Shown here piece after piece: positions 27,151 through 35,373 of a stretch of DNA of 64,000 nucleotides. The stretch spans positions 7,480 through 71,479 of the forward strand of contig CADAZW010000002.1 of NCBI GenBank assembly GCA_902792555.1. The letters are read 5' to 3'. The notes beneath the pieces are model-generated. The model worked only from the letters and a program-made list of their open reading frames with translations. It was not told the origin of the DNA and ran no database searches. The position numbers were made by a program, and so were the translations under genes. Positions within the stretch are counted from its first letter, which is position 1. Each line of letters starts with the position of its first letter. Origin of the DNA: an uncultured Bacteroidales bacterium. GTDB lineage: Bacteria; Bacteroidota; Bacteroidia; Bacteroidales; Bacteroidaceae.

Positions 27151-28077
27151 CTATTTCCTCTTCGCCAAATAAATCAGGCAGGCTAGCAGGGCCAGGTATA
27201 AGACAACGCTCACCACTATGTTCACGCTGGCAAGAGCGGCGTATAGAAAGACAGCGATGACGGTGTATAGCGCCATGCCGGACAGGAGCCGTGTAAATGA
27301 CAGCTTGGCATAGAGGTCAAAAATCGTGGCTATCCACAGCAGGATGCTCAGCCACATGCCGGTCAGGTAGACAGCCAGCAGCAGAGGTTGGCCCAGCGGA
27401 TTGAGGGTGGGGTGAAAATAGTATTCCTGCCACTGATGGGAGGCTATGCCTTGCAGCAGGGCAAAGAGCAGGCCGGAGGTGGCTGCTGACAATATGAGTG
27501 CAGCGGGATAGCCGGACAGTTTGCTCCTTACTCCCTGCCTGAACCATATTGCTGCCAGTCCTGCCAGAAACAGTATGCTGATGATGAGGAGGATGATATT
27601 TCTGTGGGCCTTGGTCTGGAAGATGAAATGCGAGATGGGGTCTACGGGAGCTGCCTTGCTCAGCATCTCCGTCTCGCCGACCCATCCGAGGGGGATGCCG
27701 TCGGAACCGATGCGCAGCCAGATGCTGTCGGTTGCGCTGCCGTTATTCAGAGAGTCAGACTCGGCGGTGCGATAGGTCTCGGTGATGACGAAATCCTCAT
27801 TCTTGAGCAGGGTGGCAGAGTCGGGGGCATAGTCCAGGGTCAGCGAGATACCGTTAGGCACACTATGCAGCTGCATGGAGTCGGCTTCCATGATGAAGTT
27901 GTAGCCCACATTGTAATGGTGGACTGCTGAGAAGGCAATGGAGTCTTTCTGACCTTCAGTCAGTATCCACTGGCTTCTGCTCTTTTGACTATCTGGGCCA
28001 CATGAAGCAAGTAGGGCCGTTAATGCTATGACCTGTACGGTGAGGAGAACGTAGCGAAAAGTAAAGGTTTTTTTCAT
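27151..28077 (-). CDS. membrane lipoprotein with N-terminal periplasmic domain and about 5 C-terminal TM helices, unknown function
   Basis: Signal and lipobox (LTALLASCG), then a soluble domain of about 150 aa, then hydrophobic helices. Confidence 0.7.
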   Translation of the reverse strand: MKKTFTFRYVLLTVQVIALTALLASCGPDSQKSRSQWILTEGQKDSIAFSAVHHYNVGYNFIMEADSMQLHSVPNGISLTLDYAPDSATLLKNEDFVITETYRTAESDSLNNGSATDSIWLRIGSDGIPLGWVGETEMLSKAAPVDPISHFIFQTKAHRNIILLIISILFLAGLAAIWFRQGVRSKLSGYPAALILSAATSGLLFALLQGIASHQWQEYYFHPTLNPLGQPLLLAVYLTGMWLSILLWIATIFDLYAKLSFTRLLSGMALYTVIAVFLYAALASVNIVVSVVLYLALLACLIYLAKRK

Positions 28078-28098
28078 GGCTGGGTCTTTGCTAAGCAT

Positions 28099-29955
28099 TT
28101 ATTTCATCACGCGCATTTCGCATTTCTTGCAATCAAACTCCAGTTCAAACCGCCGCCCGTTGGGCAGAGCCAGGAAGAGAGGGCCCTCGCTCTTTATTTC
28201 CCTATTCCCTACATCCTTATTCTTTCTTTTGCTGCACATTCCGAGCGAATATCTGATGCAGTGGCGGCATGTCATTATGGCGGTGCGCCTTTTGGGTTCC
28301 CTAATCTCAAAGGCGGGCTCAATGTCGGTAGCTCCCCGGCACTCGTAGAATTGCCGCGCCATTCTGTTGGCGACATTCTCGGTGAAGGGAACCACTCCCT
28401 CCGCAAACCTGCCCTGCAGGGATTTCTCCCCTTGAGGGGGAGTGAGAGGGGGCTCTCCCTCTGAGGGGGAGTGAGAGGAGGCTGGCAGGCCCACCTTCTC
28501 AATCAGCTGCCTGCGCCATTGGCTAAGCTGCGAGGCAGGGATGAAGTATTCTTTGTCAAGGTCGAGGCTTACGTTGCCTATCTCATAGGCAGTGCTGCCG
28601 GTCTTGCGCAGTTCGGTCTCTATGCGCTGTCGCTGCGGCTTGAGGGCAGGCTGGTGGGGGGCCTGGCATTCGAGGGTGGCTGTGTGGCCATAGATGCTGG
28701 CGGCGCTGAGGCGGAAGCCTTCGGGGATATCGGTCATACTGATATCAAGGCTGATGGTTCGCATCGGGGTGGGGCGGAGCATGGCAGCTTCGAAGGCGGC
28801 ATCGTGGTTGCGGAAGAGAGGGGTCTTGGGCCTGAGGTCGGCAGGCATCTTATGGGGAAAGAGCCTGTTGTTGTCGGCGCGGTTGACGCGGAAGCCCTGC
28901 AGCGAGCCGTCGGGGGCAAAGTAGCTGATGCCATCGCCGTTGTGAAAACTGCTTGTGCCTCCAACCAGGATATAGCTGCTGCGTATCTCCTTCACCAGGC
29001 CTACGGGCTCACCAATGACCTTGGGAGTGTCGATGGAGGCCACGTCCTCGGTGCGGCCGTGTAGGAAATATTCGGTGAAGCCGCGATTGAAGGTCTTGTC
29101 AAGGTTGGGCTCAAATTCCACATGGCATTGCCCCACGGAGCTGCGGCGGTAGTCATGCGGTCTTCTCCTTATTATATTATTAAGCAGTCGGCTGTAGAAG
29201 GCGGTGGTGTTCTTCACATAGGCTATGTCCTTCAGCCTTCCCTCAATCTTGAGCGAGCTGATGCCGGCGTCGAGCATTTGCTCCAGGCTGCGGCTGCGGT
29301 TCATGTCCTTGAGCGAGAGCAGGTGCTTGTTGCTGACGAGGTTACGGCCCTCGGCATTCTGCAGGTCGAAGGACAGCCGGCAGAACTGTGCGCACTCGCC
29401 GCGGTTGGCGCTGCGACCGAAGCAATGCTGTGAGGCATAGCATTGGCCGCTGTAGCTGACGCACAGGGCGCCGTGGACAAAGGCCTCCAGCTTCATCTCC
29501 GGGCAAGCCTTGTGGATGGCGGCAATGTCCTTCAGCTCCAGCTCGCGGGCGAGCACAGCCTGACGGAAGCCCCAGTCGTGGAGCTGCCTTACCTTGTCGG
29601 CGCTGCGTATGTCCATCTGGGTGCTGGCGTGGAGGGGCAGGGGCAGGTCCATCTGTAGCAGGGCGGTGTCCTGCACTATCAGTGCGTCAACACCCACCTC
29701 GTAGAGCCTCATGATGAGGTCGTGCACCTGGGTGAGCTCGCCGTCGTAGAGAATGGTGTTTACCGTGACATATACCCTGGCTCCGTAGCGGTGGGCATGG
29801 GAGCAGAGCCGGGCAATGTCCTCCACGGAGTTGCCGGCGGTGTGGCGCGCACCAAATGCCTCGGCGCCGATATATACTGCATCGGCTCCGCAGTTGATGG
29901 CTTCAATGCCTATGTCTGCCGTGCGGGCAGGGGCCAGCAGCTCTATCAGTTTCAC
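28099..29955 (-). CDS. U32-family peptidase-like protein (RlhA/TrhP/YhbU-YhbV family), GTG start
   Basis: N-terminus ELLAPA...AINCGADAVYIGAEAFGAR and the motif E.FVHGALCVSYSGQCYAS, which is characteristic of U32. Confidence 0.9.
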   Translation of the reverse strand: MKLIELLAPARTADIGIEAINCGADAVYIGAEAFGARHTAGNSVEDIARLCSHAHRYGARVYVTVNTILYDGELTQVHDLIMRLYEVGVDALIVQDTALLQMDLPLPLHASTQMDIRSADKVRQLHDWGFRQAVLARELELKDIAAIHKACPEMKLEAFVHGALCVSYSGQCYASQHCFGRSANRGECAQFCRLSFDLQNAEGRNLVSNKHLLSLKDMNRSRSLEQMLDAGISSLKIEGRLKDIAYVKNTTAFYSRLLNNIIRRRPHDYRRSSVGQCHVEFEPNLDKTFNRGFTEYFLHGRTEDVASIDTPKVIGEPVGLVKEIRSSYILVGGTSSFHNGDGISYFAPDGSLQGFRVNRADNNRLFPHKMPADLRPKTPLFRNHDAAFEAAMLRPTPMRTISLDISMTDIPEGFRLSAASIYGHTATLECQAPHQPALKPQRQRIETELRKTGSTAYEIGNVSLDLDKEYFIPASQLSQWRRQLIEKVGLPASSHSPSEGEPPLTPPQGEKSLQGRFAEGVVPFTENVANRMARQFYECRGATDIEPAFEIREPKRRTAIMTCRHCIRYSLGMCSKRKNKDVGNREIKSEGPLFLALPNGRRFELEFDCKKCEMRVMK

Positions 29956-29996
29956 GATTCCTAATTTCTAATTTCTAATTCCTAATTTCTAATTCA
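29956..29996. repeat. AATTTCTAATT stutter repeat spanning the U32 start / metA stop junction
   Basis: GATTCCTAATTTCTAATTTCTAATTCCTAATTTCTAATTC. On the minus strand it supplies the last metA codons (DELEIRN*). Confidence 0.85.
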
Positions 29997-30871
29997 TCCA
30001 CGTACTGCTGCAGCCAGTTGTGGTAGAATCGGCGGCCGGTGTCTTGCCAGGTGACGTTGACGCCCTTGGTGGGGTCGTCGTCAACGAAGTAGTTGAGCGG
30101 CACGCTGATGGGTACGCCCTTGGCCATGTCGCGCTCATACTCAAAGCGCAGTCGGCCCTCGGCGTACTCCATGTGACCGTTGGCAAAGATGTGACGTCCG
30201 CCCCAGGCAATGGCCAACTCGGGGCCGGTGTGCTCCTGATCGATGAGCACAGTCAGCTCCTCCTGTGCCTCGAGCTCGCTGCGCAGCATGGTGATATGCC
30301 TGCTGATGGGCACCATTACCTCCAGGCTCAGCCCCTCGGTGAGCGGGCAGTCGTTGCGCAGCCTGATGTGGGGATAGACGCCGAAGAGCTTCTCCTCCGT
30401 CCAGTGCTTGTCGATGCCGAAGAATATTTTCAGCGCAGCGAAGGCTCCCCAGCAGATGTTGAGAGTGGAGCGGACATGGGTGAATGTCCAGCGATAGACT
30501 TCCTGCAGCTGCGGCCAGTAGGTTACCTCTTCATAGTCGAGGTGCTCCAGCGGTGCACCGGTGATAATCATGCCGTCGTAGAGGCTGCCGTCTTCCATTA
30601 TCTCCGCAATGTCGGTGTAGTAGGTGTCCATGTATTCTTGCGGAGTGGTCTTGTAGCGCAGGCCGCTCATCTTGGCCAGGGTGACGGCTATGTCGAGGCC
30701 GGCGCCATCCATCATCGTATAGTATTCCTCCTCGGCCTCCTGCTTCTGCGGCATGAGGTTGAGGATGACAAGCCTCAGCGCACCGGCACCGGGCTTGTCA
30801 TCGCTGATGCTTATGCCTTGCTGACGCAGCCTCGCCACTGATGGATGGTTCTTAGGTAGGAAAATCATCAA
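29975..30871 (-). CDS. metA: homoserine O-acyltransferase (MetA family)
   Basis: Contains LRLVILNLMPQKQEAEEEY and the downstream MetA-like core. Length of 298 aa fits the family. Confidence 0.88.
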   Translation of the reverse strand: MMIFLPKNHPSVARLRQQGISISDDKPGAGALRLVILNLMPQKQEAEEEYYTMMDGAGLDIAVTLAKMSGLRYKTTPQEYMDTYYTDIAEIMEDGSLYDGMIITGAPLEHLDYEEVTYWPQLQEVYRWTFTHVRSTLNICWGAFAALKIFFGIDKHWTEEKLFGVYPHIRLRNDCPLTEGLSLEVMVPISRHITMLRSELEAQEELTVLIDQEHTGPELAIAWGGRHIFANGHMEYAEGRLRFEYERDMAKGVPISVPLNYFVDDDPTKGVNVTWQDTGRRFYHNWLQQYVDELEIRN

Positions 30872-30902
30872 TGCTCAATGCTCAATGTTCAATGTTCAAT
30901 GC
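30871..30902. repeat. CAATG(C/T)T stutter repeat between the pepO stop and the metA start
   Basis: The stretch CAATGCTCAATGCTCAATGTTCAATGTTCAATGC fills this short intergenic gap (coordinates approximate). Confidence 0.85.
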
Positions 30903-32939
30903 TTACCAAATGTCCACCCTCTTGGCTTTGGGCACGAAGAGCGGGTCTTTCTTGGTAATTTTGAAAGCCTTGTACCATGCGTCTATATGAGGCAGGGCGC
31001 CGTTCACTCTCCACTCGCCGAGGGAGTGGGGGTCGCGGGCGGTGAGGTCGCGGATGGCCTCTTCGGTAATGTTCTGTGCCCATACTCCGGCATAGGCAAG
31101 GAAGAAGCGCTGGTCGGCGGTAAAGCCGTTGGCCATGTCTGCCCCGGTCTTGCCGGCATCTTTTTGAGCCTTCTTGAATGCTGTGTAAGCCACTTGCAGG
31201 CCACCGTGGTCGGCCAGGTTCTCGCCGAGGGTGAGATCGCCGTTGGCCTTAAGGTCGGGCAGCACGCTGATGTTGGAGAAGAAGTCGGTCATCACCTGTG
31301 CACGAGCCTTAAACTTGTCGCCGTCGCCTTCTGCCCACCAGTCGCGGAAGTTGCCCTCCTTGTCAAACTGGCGGCCCTGGTCGTCGAATCCGTGAGTCAT
31401 CTCATGACCGATGACCACGCCGATGGCGCCGTAGTTGAAGGCATCGTCAGCCTGCATGTCGAAGAAGGGGTATTGCAGGATGCCGGCGGGGAAGCATATC
31501 TCGTTGGTGGTGGGATTGTAGTAGGCGTTGACGGTCTGCGGGTACATATACCACTCGTCGCGGTCAACGGGCTTCTTGTATTTCTCCTCCACAGTCTTGC
31601 GGTTGGCCCATTCGCGCACATCCTGCATCGACTCGTAGAGCGACTTGCTGGCGTCGATGTCGAGCTTGGAGTAGTCTCTCCATTTGTTGGGGTAGCCAAT
31701 CTTGACATAGAAGGAGGAGAGCTTGTCCTTGGCGTAGGCCTTGGTCTCGGCGCTCATCCATTTCTGCGCGTCGATGCGCTCAGCCAGGGCTATCTGCAGG
31801 TTCTTCACCAGCTGCTCCATGCGAGCCTTGTTCTCTGCGGGGAAGTATTTCTCCACATAGAGCTGTCCCACAGCCTCGCCCAGTATGGCGTTGACGGCCG
31901 ATACGCTGCGTTTCCAGCGTGCCTGGGGCTCCTTCTGGCCCGACATGGTGCGGTTGTAGAAATCGAAGTTCTGCATGTAGATCTCGTCGCCCAGCACATT
32001 GGTGTTGCCGTTGATGAGGGTCCACTGCATCCAGTCCTTCAGCGTCTGCAGGTCTGTCTCGTTGAGTATGGCCACTGCCTCCTTGACGGCCTCGGGCTGG
32101 CCTACGTCGAGGATGTCGAGGTCGTCAATATAGTTGAGGTGGAAGTACTGGTCCCAGTCGTAGCCGCCAAACTGCTCCTTGAATTCGGCATAGGTCATCT
32201 TATGGTAGTTGGAGGCGGGGTCGCGCAGCTCCACGCGGCTCTTGGATGCCTTGGCCATGCGTGTCTCCACGGCCATCACCGACTCCATCTTGCGCAGGGC
32301 GGTGAGCTCGTCGTCGCCCAGCAGCTTAAACATCTTCACGATGTGCTGCTTGAAGGCCTCGCGTATCTTTGCGAATGCGGGGTCGTCGCTGAGGTAATAC
32401 TCCTTCTGTCCCAGCGAGAGGCCGCCCTGTCCCAGACTCACGATGTTGGAGGTGGAGTTCATCATGTCGGCATTGATGTCTGCGCCCCACAGCTCGTCTG
32501 CGCCTTTGATGGAGTTAAGCACCATCAGGCGCTTCAGCTCGTCGCGGTCCTTGATGTTGGCGATGGCCTTGAGGTCGGCTTTGATGGGGGTGATGCCCTC
32601 CTTGTTCTGACGGACGGAGTCCATCATCATGCCGTAGAGGTCGCCAATCTTCTGCGCTACGCTGCCCTTCTCGTGCTTCTCCTTCGTAAGGCTGAGGATG
32701 AGCTCCTTTATCTGCTCGCGGTTGGCCTCAGCCACGGCGTCGAAGGAGCCGAAGCGGGAATACTCAGGCTTGAGGGGGTTGTTGTCAATCCATCCGCCGC
32801 AGGCATAGCGATAGAAGTCGGTGCCGGGCTTAACGGACTTGTCCATGTTGCTAACATCCACTCCGTGCGAGTGGTTGAAGGTCTGTGCTGTGGCTGCAGT
32901 CATCGCAGCCGCCAGTGCAAGTGTCATAATGATTTTCAT
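30903..32939 (-). CDS. pepO: M13-family zinc metallopeptidase (PepO/endothelin-converting-enzyme-like)
   Basis: Signal peptide, zinc motif HEMTHGFD and a downstream ENLADHGG motif. Length 678 aa. Confidence 0.93.
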   Translation of the reverse strand: MKIIMTLALAAAMTAATAQTFNHSHGVDVSNMDKSVKPGTDFYRYACGGWIDNNPLKPEYSRFGSFDAVAEANREQIKELILSLTKEKHEKGSVAQKIGDLYGMMMDSVRQNKEGITPIKADLKAIANIKDRDELKRLMVLNSIKGADELWGADINADMMNSTSNIVSLGQGGLSLGQKEYYLSDDPAFAKIREAFKQHIVKMFKLLGDDELTALRKMESVMAVETRMAKASKSRVELRDPASNYHKMTYAEFKEQFGGYDWDQYFHLNYIDDLDILDVGQPEAVKEAVAILNETDLQTLKDWMQWTLINGNTNVLGDEIYMQNFDFYNRTMSGQKEPQARWKRSVSAVNAILGEAVGQLYVEKYFPAENKARMEQLVKNLQIALAERIDAQKWMSAETKAYAKDKLSSFYVKIGYPNKWRDYSKLDIDASKSLYESMQDVREWANRKTVEEKYKKPVDRDEWYMYPQTVNAYYNPTTNEICFPAGILQYPFFDMQADDAFNYGAIGVVIGHEMTHGFDDQGRQFDKEGNFRDWWAEGDGDKFKARAQVMTDFFSNISVLPDLKANGDLTLGENLADHGGLQVAYTAFKKAQKDAGKTGADMANGFTADQRFFLAYAGVWAQNITEEAIRDLTARDPHSLGEWRVNGALPHIDAWYKAFKITKKDPLFVPKAKRVDIW

Positions 32940-32943
32940 ATTG

Positions 32944-34905
32944 TTATTGTTGGTTATTAAGTTCTTCCAGTTGTTCGGAGGCGGCAGTCCACTCGTCCAT
33001 GGCTTTGTCCAGCTGTTGGCTGAAGGCCATGTGCTTCTCTATCAGCGTCATGTCGCTGGCGCCTTCTATTGTGCTCATGCGGCTCTCAATCATCTTGATG
33101 GCAGCCTCCAGCTCGCTGATGTGCTGCTCGGCCTCCTTCACCTGCTTCTCCAGCTTGTTGACTCGTTTCCTCTGCTCCTTCTGCTGCTTATAGAGCGAAG
33201 CTCCCAGCCCCATAGCCCCCTCTGACTCCTCCTCGGAGGGGAGTACCCTGGCGCCAGGGCTGGGGAGGGGCTTCGGGCTGGAGGAGATCTTGTTGGCTTC
33301 GGGCTGCCTCCCCAGGTAGTCATATATTCCGCCGAGATGCTCGCGCACCCTGCCGCCGCCGAAGGCATAGACGCGGCTCACCAGTCCGTCGAGGAAGTCG
33401 CGGTCGTGGCTCACCACTATCACCGTGCCCTTGAAATTGAGCAGAGCCTCCTTCAGCACGTCCTTGGTGCGCATGTCCAGGTGGTTGGTCGGCTCGTCGA
33501 GTATGAGGAAGTTGACAGGCTGCAGCAGCAGCTTGAGCATCGCCAGACGGCTGCGCTCGCCGCCGCTGAGCACCATGACCTTCTTGTCGCTGGCCTCGCC
33601 GCCAAACATGAAGGCGCCCAGCAGTTCACGTATCTTCAGCCTCACGTCGCCGGTGGCTACGCGGTCGATGGTGTCATAGACGGTGAGGCTCTCGTCCAGC
33701 AGCTGTGCCTGGTTCTGGGCGTAGTAGCCTATCTGCACGTTGTGGCCTATCTTGAGCGTGCCGTCGTAGGGAATCTCGCCCATTATGCATTTCACCAGCG
33801 TTGACTTGCCCTCGCCGTTGCGGCCCACAAAGGCCACCTTCTCGCCGCGGCGGATAGTCATGTTGACATGGCTGATCACCCGGTGCTCGCCGTAGGCCTT
33901 GCCCACCTCGTCGCATATCACGGGGAAGTCGCCGCTGCGCATGGGCTCGTTGAAGCGCAGGTGGAGGGTGGCGGTGTCCACCTCGTCAATCTTGATGGGC
34001 ACGATTTTCTCCAGCTGCTTGATGCGGCTCTGCACCTGCACCGCCTTGGTCGCCTTGTAGCGAAATCGCTCGATGAATGCCTTGGTGTCGGCTATCTCTT
34101 TCTGCTGATTTTCGTAGGCGCGGAGTTGCTGCTCACGCCGTTCAGCCCTCAGTTTAACAAACTCATCGTAACCTACCTTGTAATCAATCAGTTGTCCGCA
34201 GCTAATCTCCAGTGTGCGCGAGCAGACATTGTTGATGAATGCGCGGTCGTGGCTCACCAGCACCACAGAGCTTTTCGACTCCTTGATAAGGAAGTTCTCC
34301 AGCCAGCTTATGCTCTCAATGTCGAGGTGGTTGGTGGGCTCGTCCAGCAGCAGCACGTCGGGGCGCTGCAGCAGGATTTTGGCGAGCTCAATGCGCATTC
34401 GCCATCCTCCGCTGAACTCGCTGGTCGGCCTCTGGAAGTCCGTTCGCTCAAAGCCCAGCCCCATCAGCGTGCGCTCCATGTCGGCACGCCAGCTCTGGCC
34501 GCCGCTCATCTGCAGTTGCTCCTGCAGCGTGGTGCTCTGCTCAATCAGTTGGGCATAGGCCTCGCTCTCATAGTCGGTGCGCTCGGCGAGCTCGCGGTTG
34601 ATGGCGTCCAGGCGTTGCTCCTTCCGGCGCAGCGAGGAGAAAGCCTTCTCCGTCTCCTCGATGAGGGTGCAGCTGTCGCTGAGCTTCATCACCTGGGGCA
34701 GGTAGCCCACCGTGCTGCCCTGCGGCATAGCCACGCAGCCCGCCGTGGGTTGCTGCAGGCCGGCAATGATCTTGAGCATCGTGCTCTTGCCGGCGCCGTT
34801 CTTGCCCACCAGGCAGACGCGCTCCCTGTCGTTGACCACAAAGCTCACGCCCTCAAACAGAGGCTCAACGCTGAATTCAACTTTCAGATTCTCAACCGAA
34901 ATCAT
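32944..34905 (-). CDS. ABC-F family ATPase (translation-factor-type, two ABC domains, C-terminal coiled coil)
   Basis: Two Walker A motifs (GKNGAGKST; GRNGEGKST), two LSGG signatures, no TM domain. Confidence 0.93.
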   Translation of the reverse strand: MISVENLKVEFSVEPLFEGVSFVVNDRERVCLVGKNGAGKSTMLKIIAGLQQPTAGCVAMPQGSTVGYLPQVMKLSDSCTLIEETEKAFSSLRRKEQRLDAINRELAERTDYESEAYAQLIEQSTTLQEQLQMSGGQSWRADMERTLMGLGFERTDFQRPTSEFSGGWRMRIELAKILLQRPDVLLLDEPTNHLDIESISWLENFLIKESKSSVVLVSHDRAFINNVCSRTLEISCGQLIDYKVGYDEFVKLRAERREQQLRAYENQQKEIADTKAFIERFRYKATKAVQVQSRIKQLEKIVPIKIDEVDTATLHLRFNEPMRSGDFPVICDEVGKAYGEHRVISHVNMTIRRGEKVAFVGRNGEGKSTLVKCIMGEIPYDGTLKIGHNVQIGYYAQNQAQLLDESLTVYDTIDRVATGDVRLKIRELLGAFMFGGEASDKKVMVLSGGERSRLAMLKLLLQPVNFLILDEPTNHLDMRTKDVLKEALLNFKGTVIVVSHDRDFLDGLVSRVYAFGGGRVREHLGGIYDYLGRQPEANKISSSPKPLPSPGARVLPSEEESEGAMGLGASLYKQQKEQRKRVNKLEKQVKEAEQHISELEAAIKMIESRMSTIEGASDMTLIEKHMAFSQQLDKAMDEWTAASEQLEELNNQQ

Positions 34906-35145
34906 TTACCTTACGATATATTTCGTGCAAAATTACGAAATAATCGCGACAAACCTAAATAATCGGGACGTTTTCGTTAAGCTAAATGAGCAGAATGATG
35001 TTAGCATCAATTCTGCCATGGCGAGAAAAGGTGGTTGCGAAGAAACCAAGATAATCGCAAACACACCTACTAAATTAAAGGTATGTTAATAAAGATTGTC
35101 TCTAATTCCGCAGTTATTTCACCTTATTCAGCGAAGAATTTTTTT

Positions 35146-35232
35146 AATCGCGCAGAGCCGTTCAGTTTTGGCGCGATTAGATTTCATTTCGGCGCGATTA
35201 GATTGTGGCTCTGCGCGATTAGATTTTTATGC
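35146..35232 (+). repeat. R1 array, locus 3: leader TTTAATCGCGCAGAG plus three GGCGCGATTAGATT units
   Basis: Read directly. The period is 21 nt. Confidence 0.9.
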
Positions 35233-35326
35233 GTCAGGCAGGCTGTTTGGCACGGCTCAGATGCCCCATGGCGGCAGATAATGTGCTTTTCCATGACGGT
35301 TTTGAAATTGTGTGCAAAAAAAAATG

Positions 35327-35334
35327 TAACTTTG
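35327..35334 (+). promoter_or_regulatory. candidate -7 promoter box TAACTTTG for parC
   Basis: Matches TAnnTTTG 40 nt upstream of the ATG at 35374. A TTTG sits at 35301-35304 as a possible -33 element. Confidence 0.45.
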
Positions 35335-35373
35335 TAGCCAGTTTTAATTGACGATTTCACTATTTTACGATTT

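Noticed and set aside
30885-32960. 691-aa ORF on the plus strand
   Set aside because: It lies entirely antisense to the well-supported M13 peptidase gene. Its Val/Gly/Leu/His-rich composition is typical of shadow ORFs in high-GC DNA, and it has no recognisable motifs.
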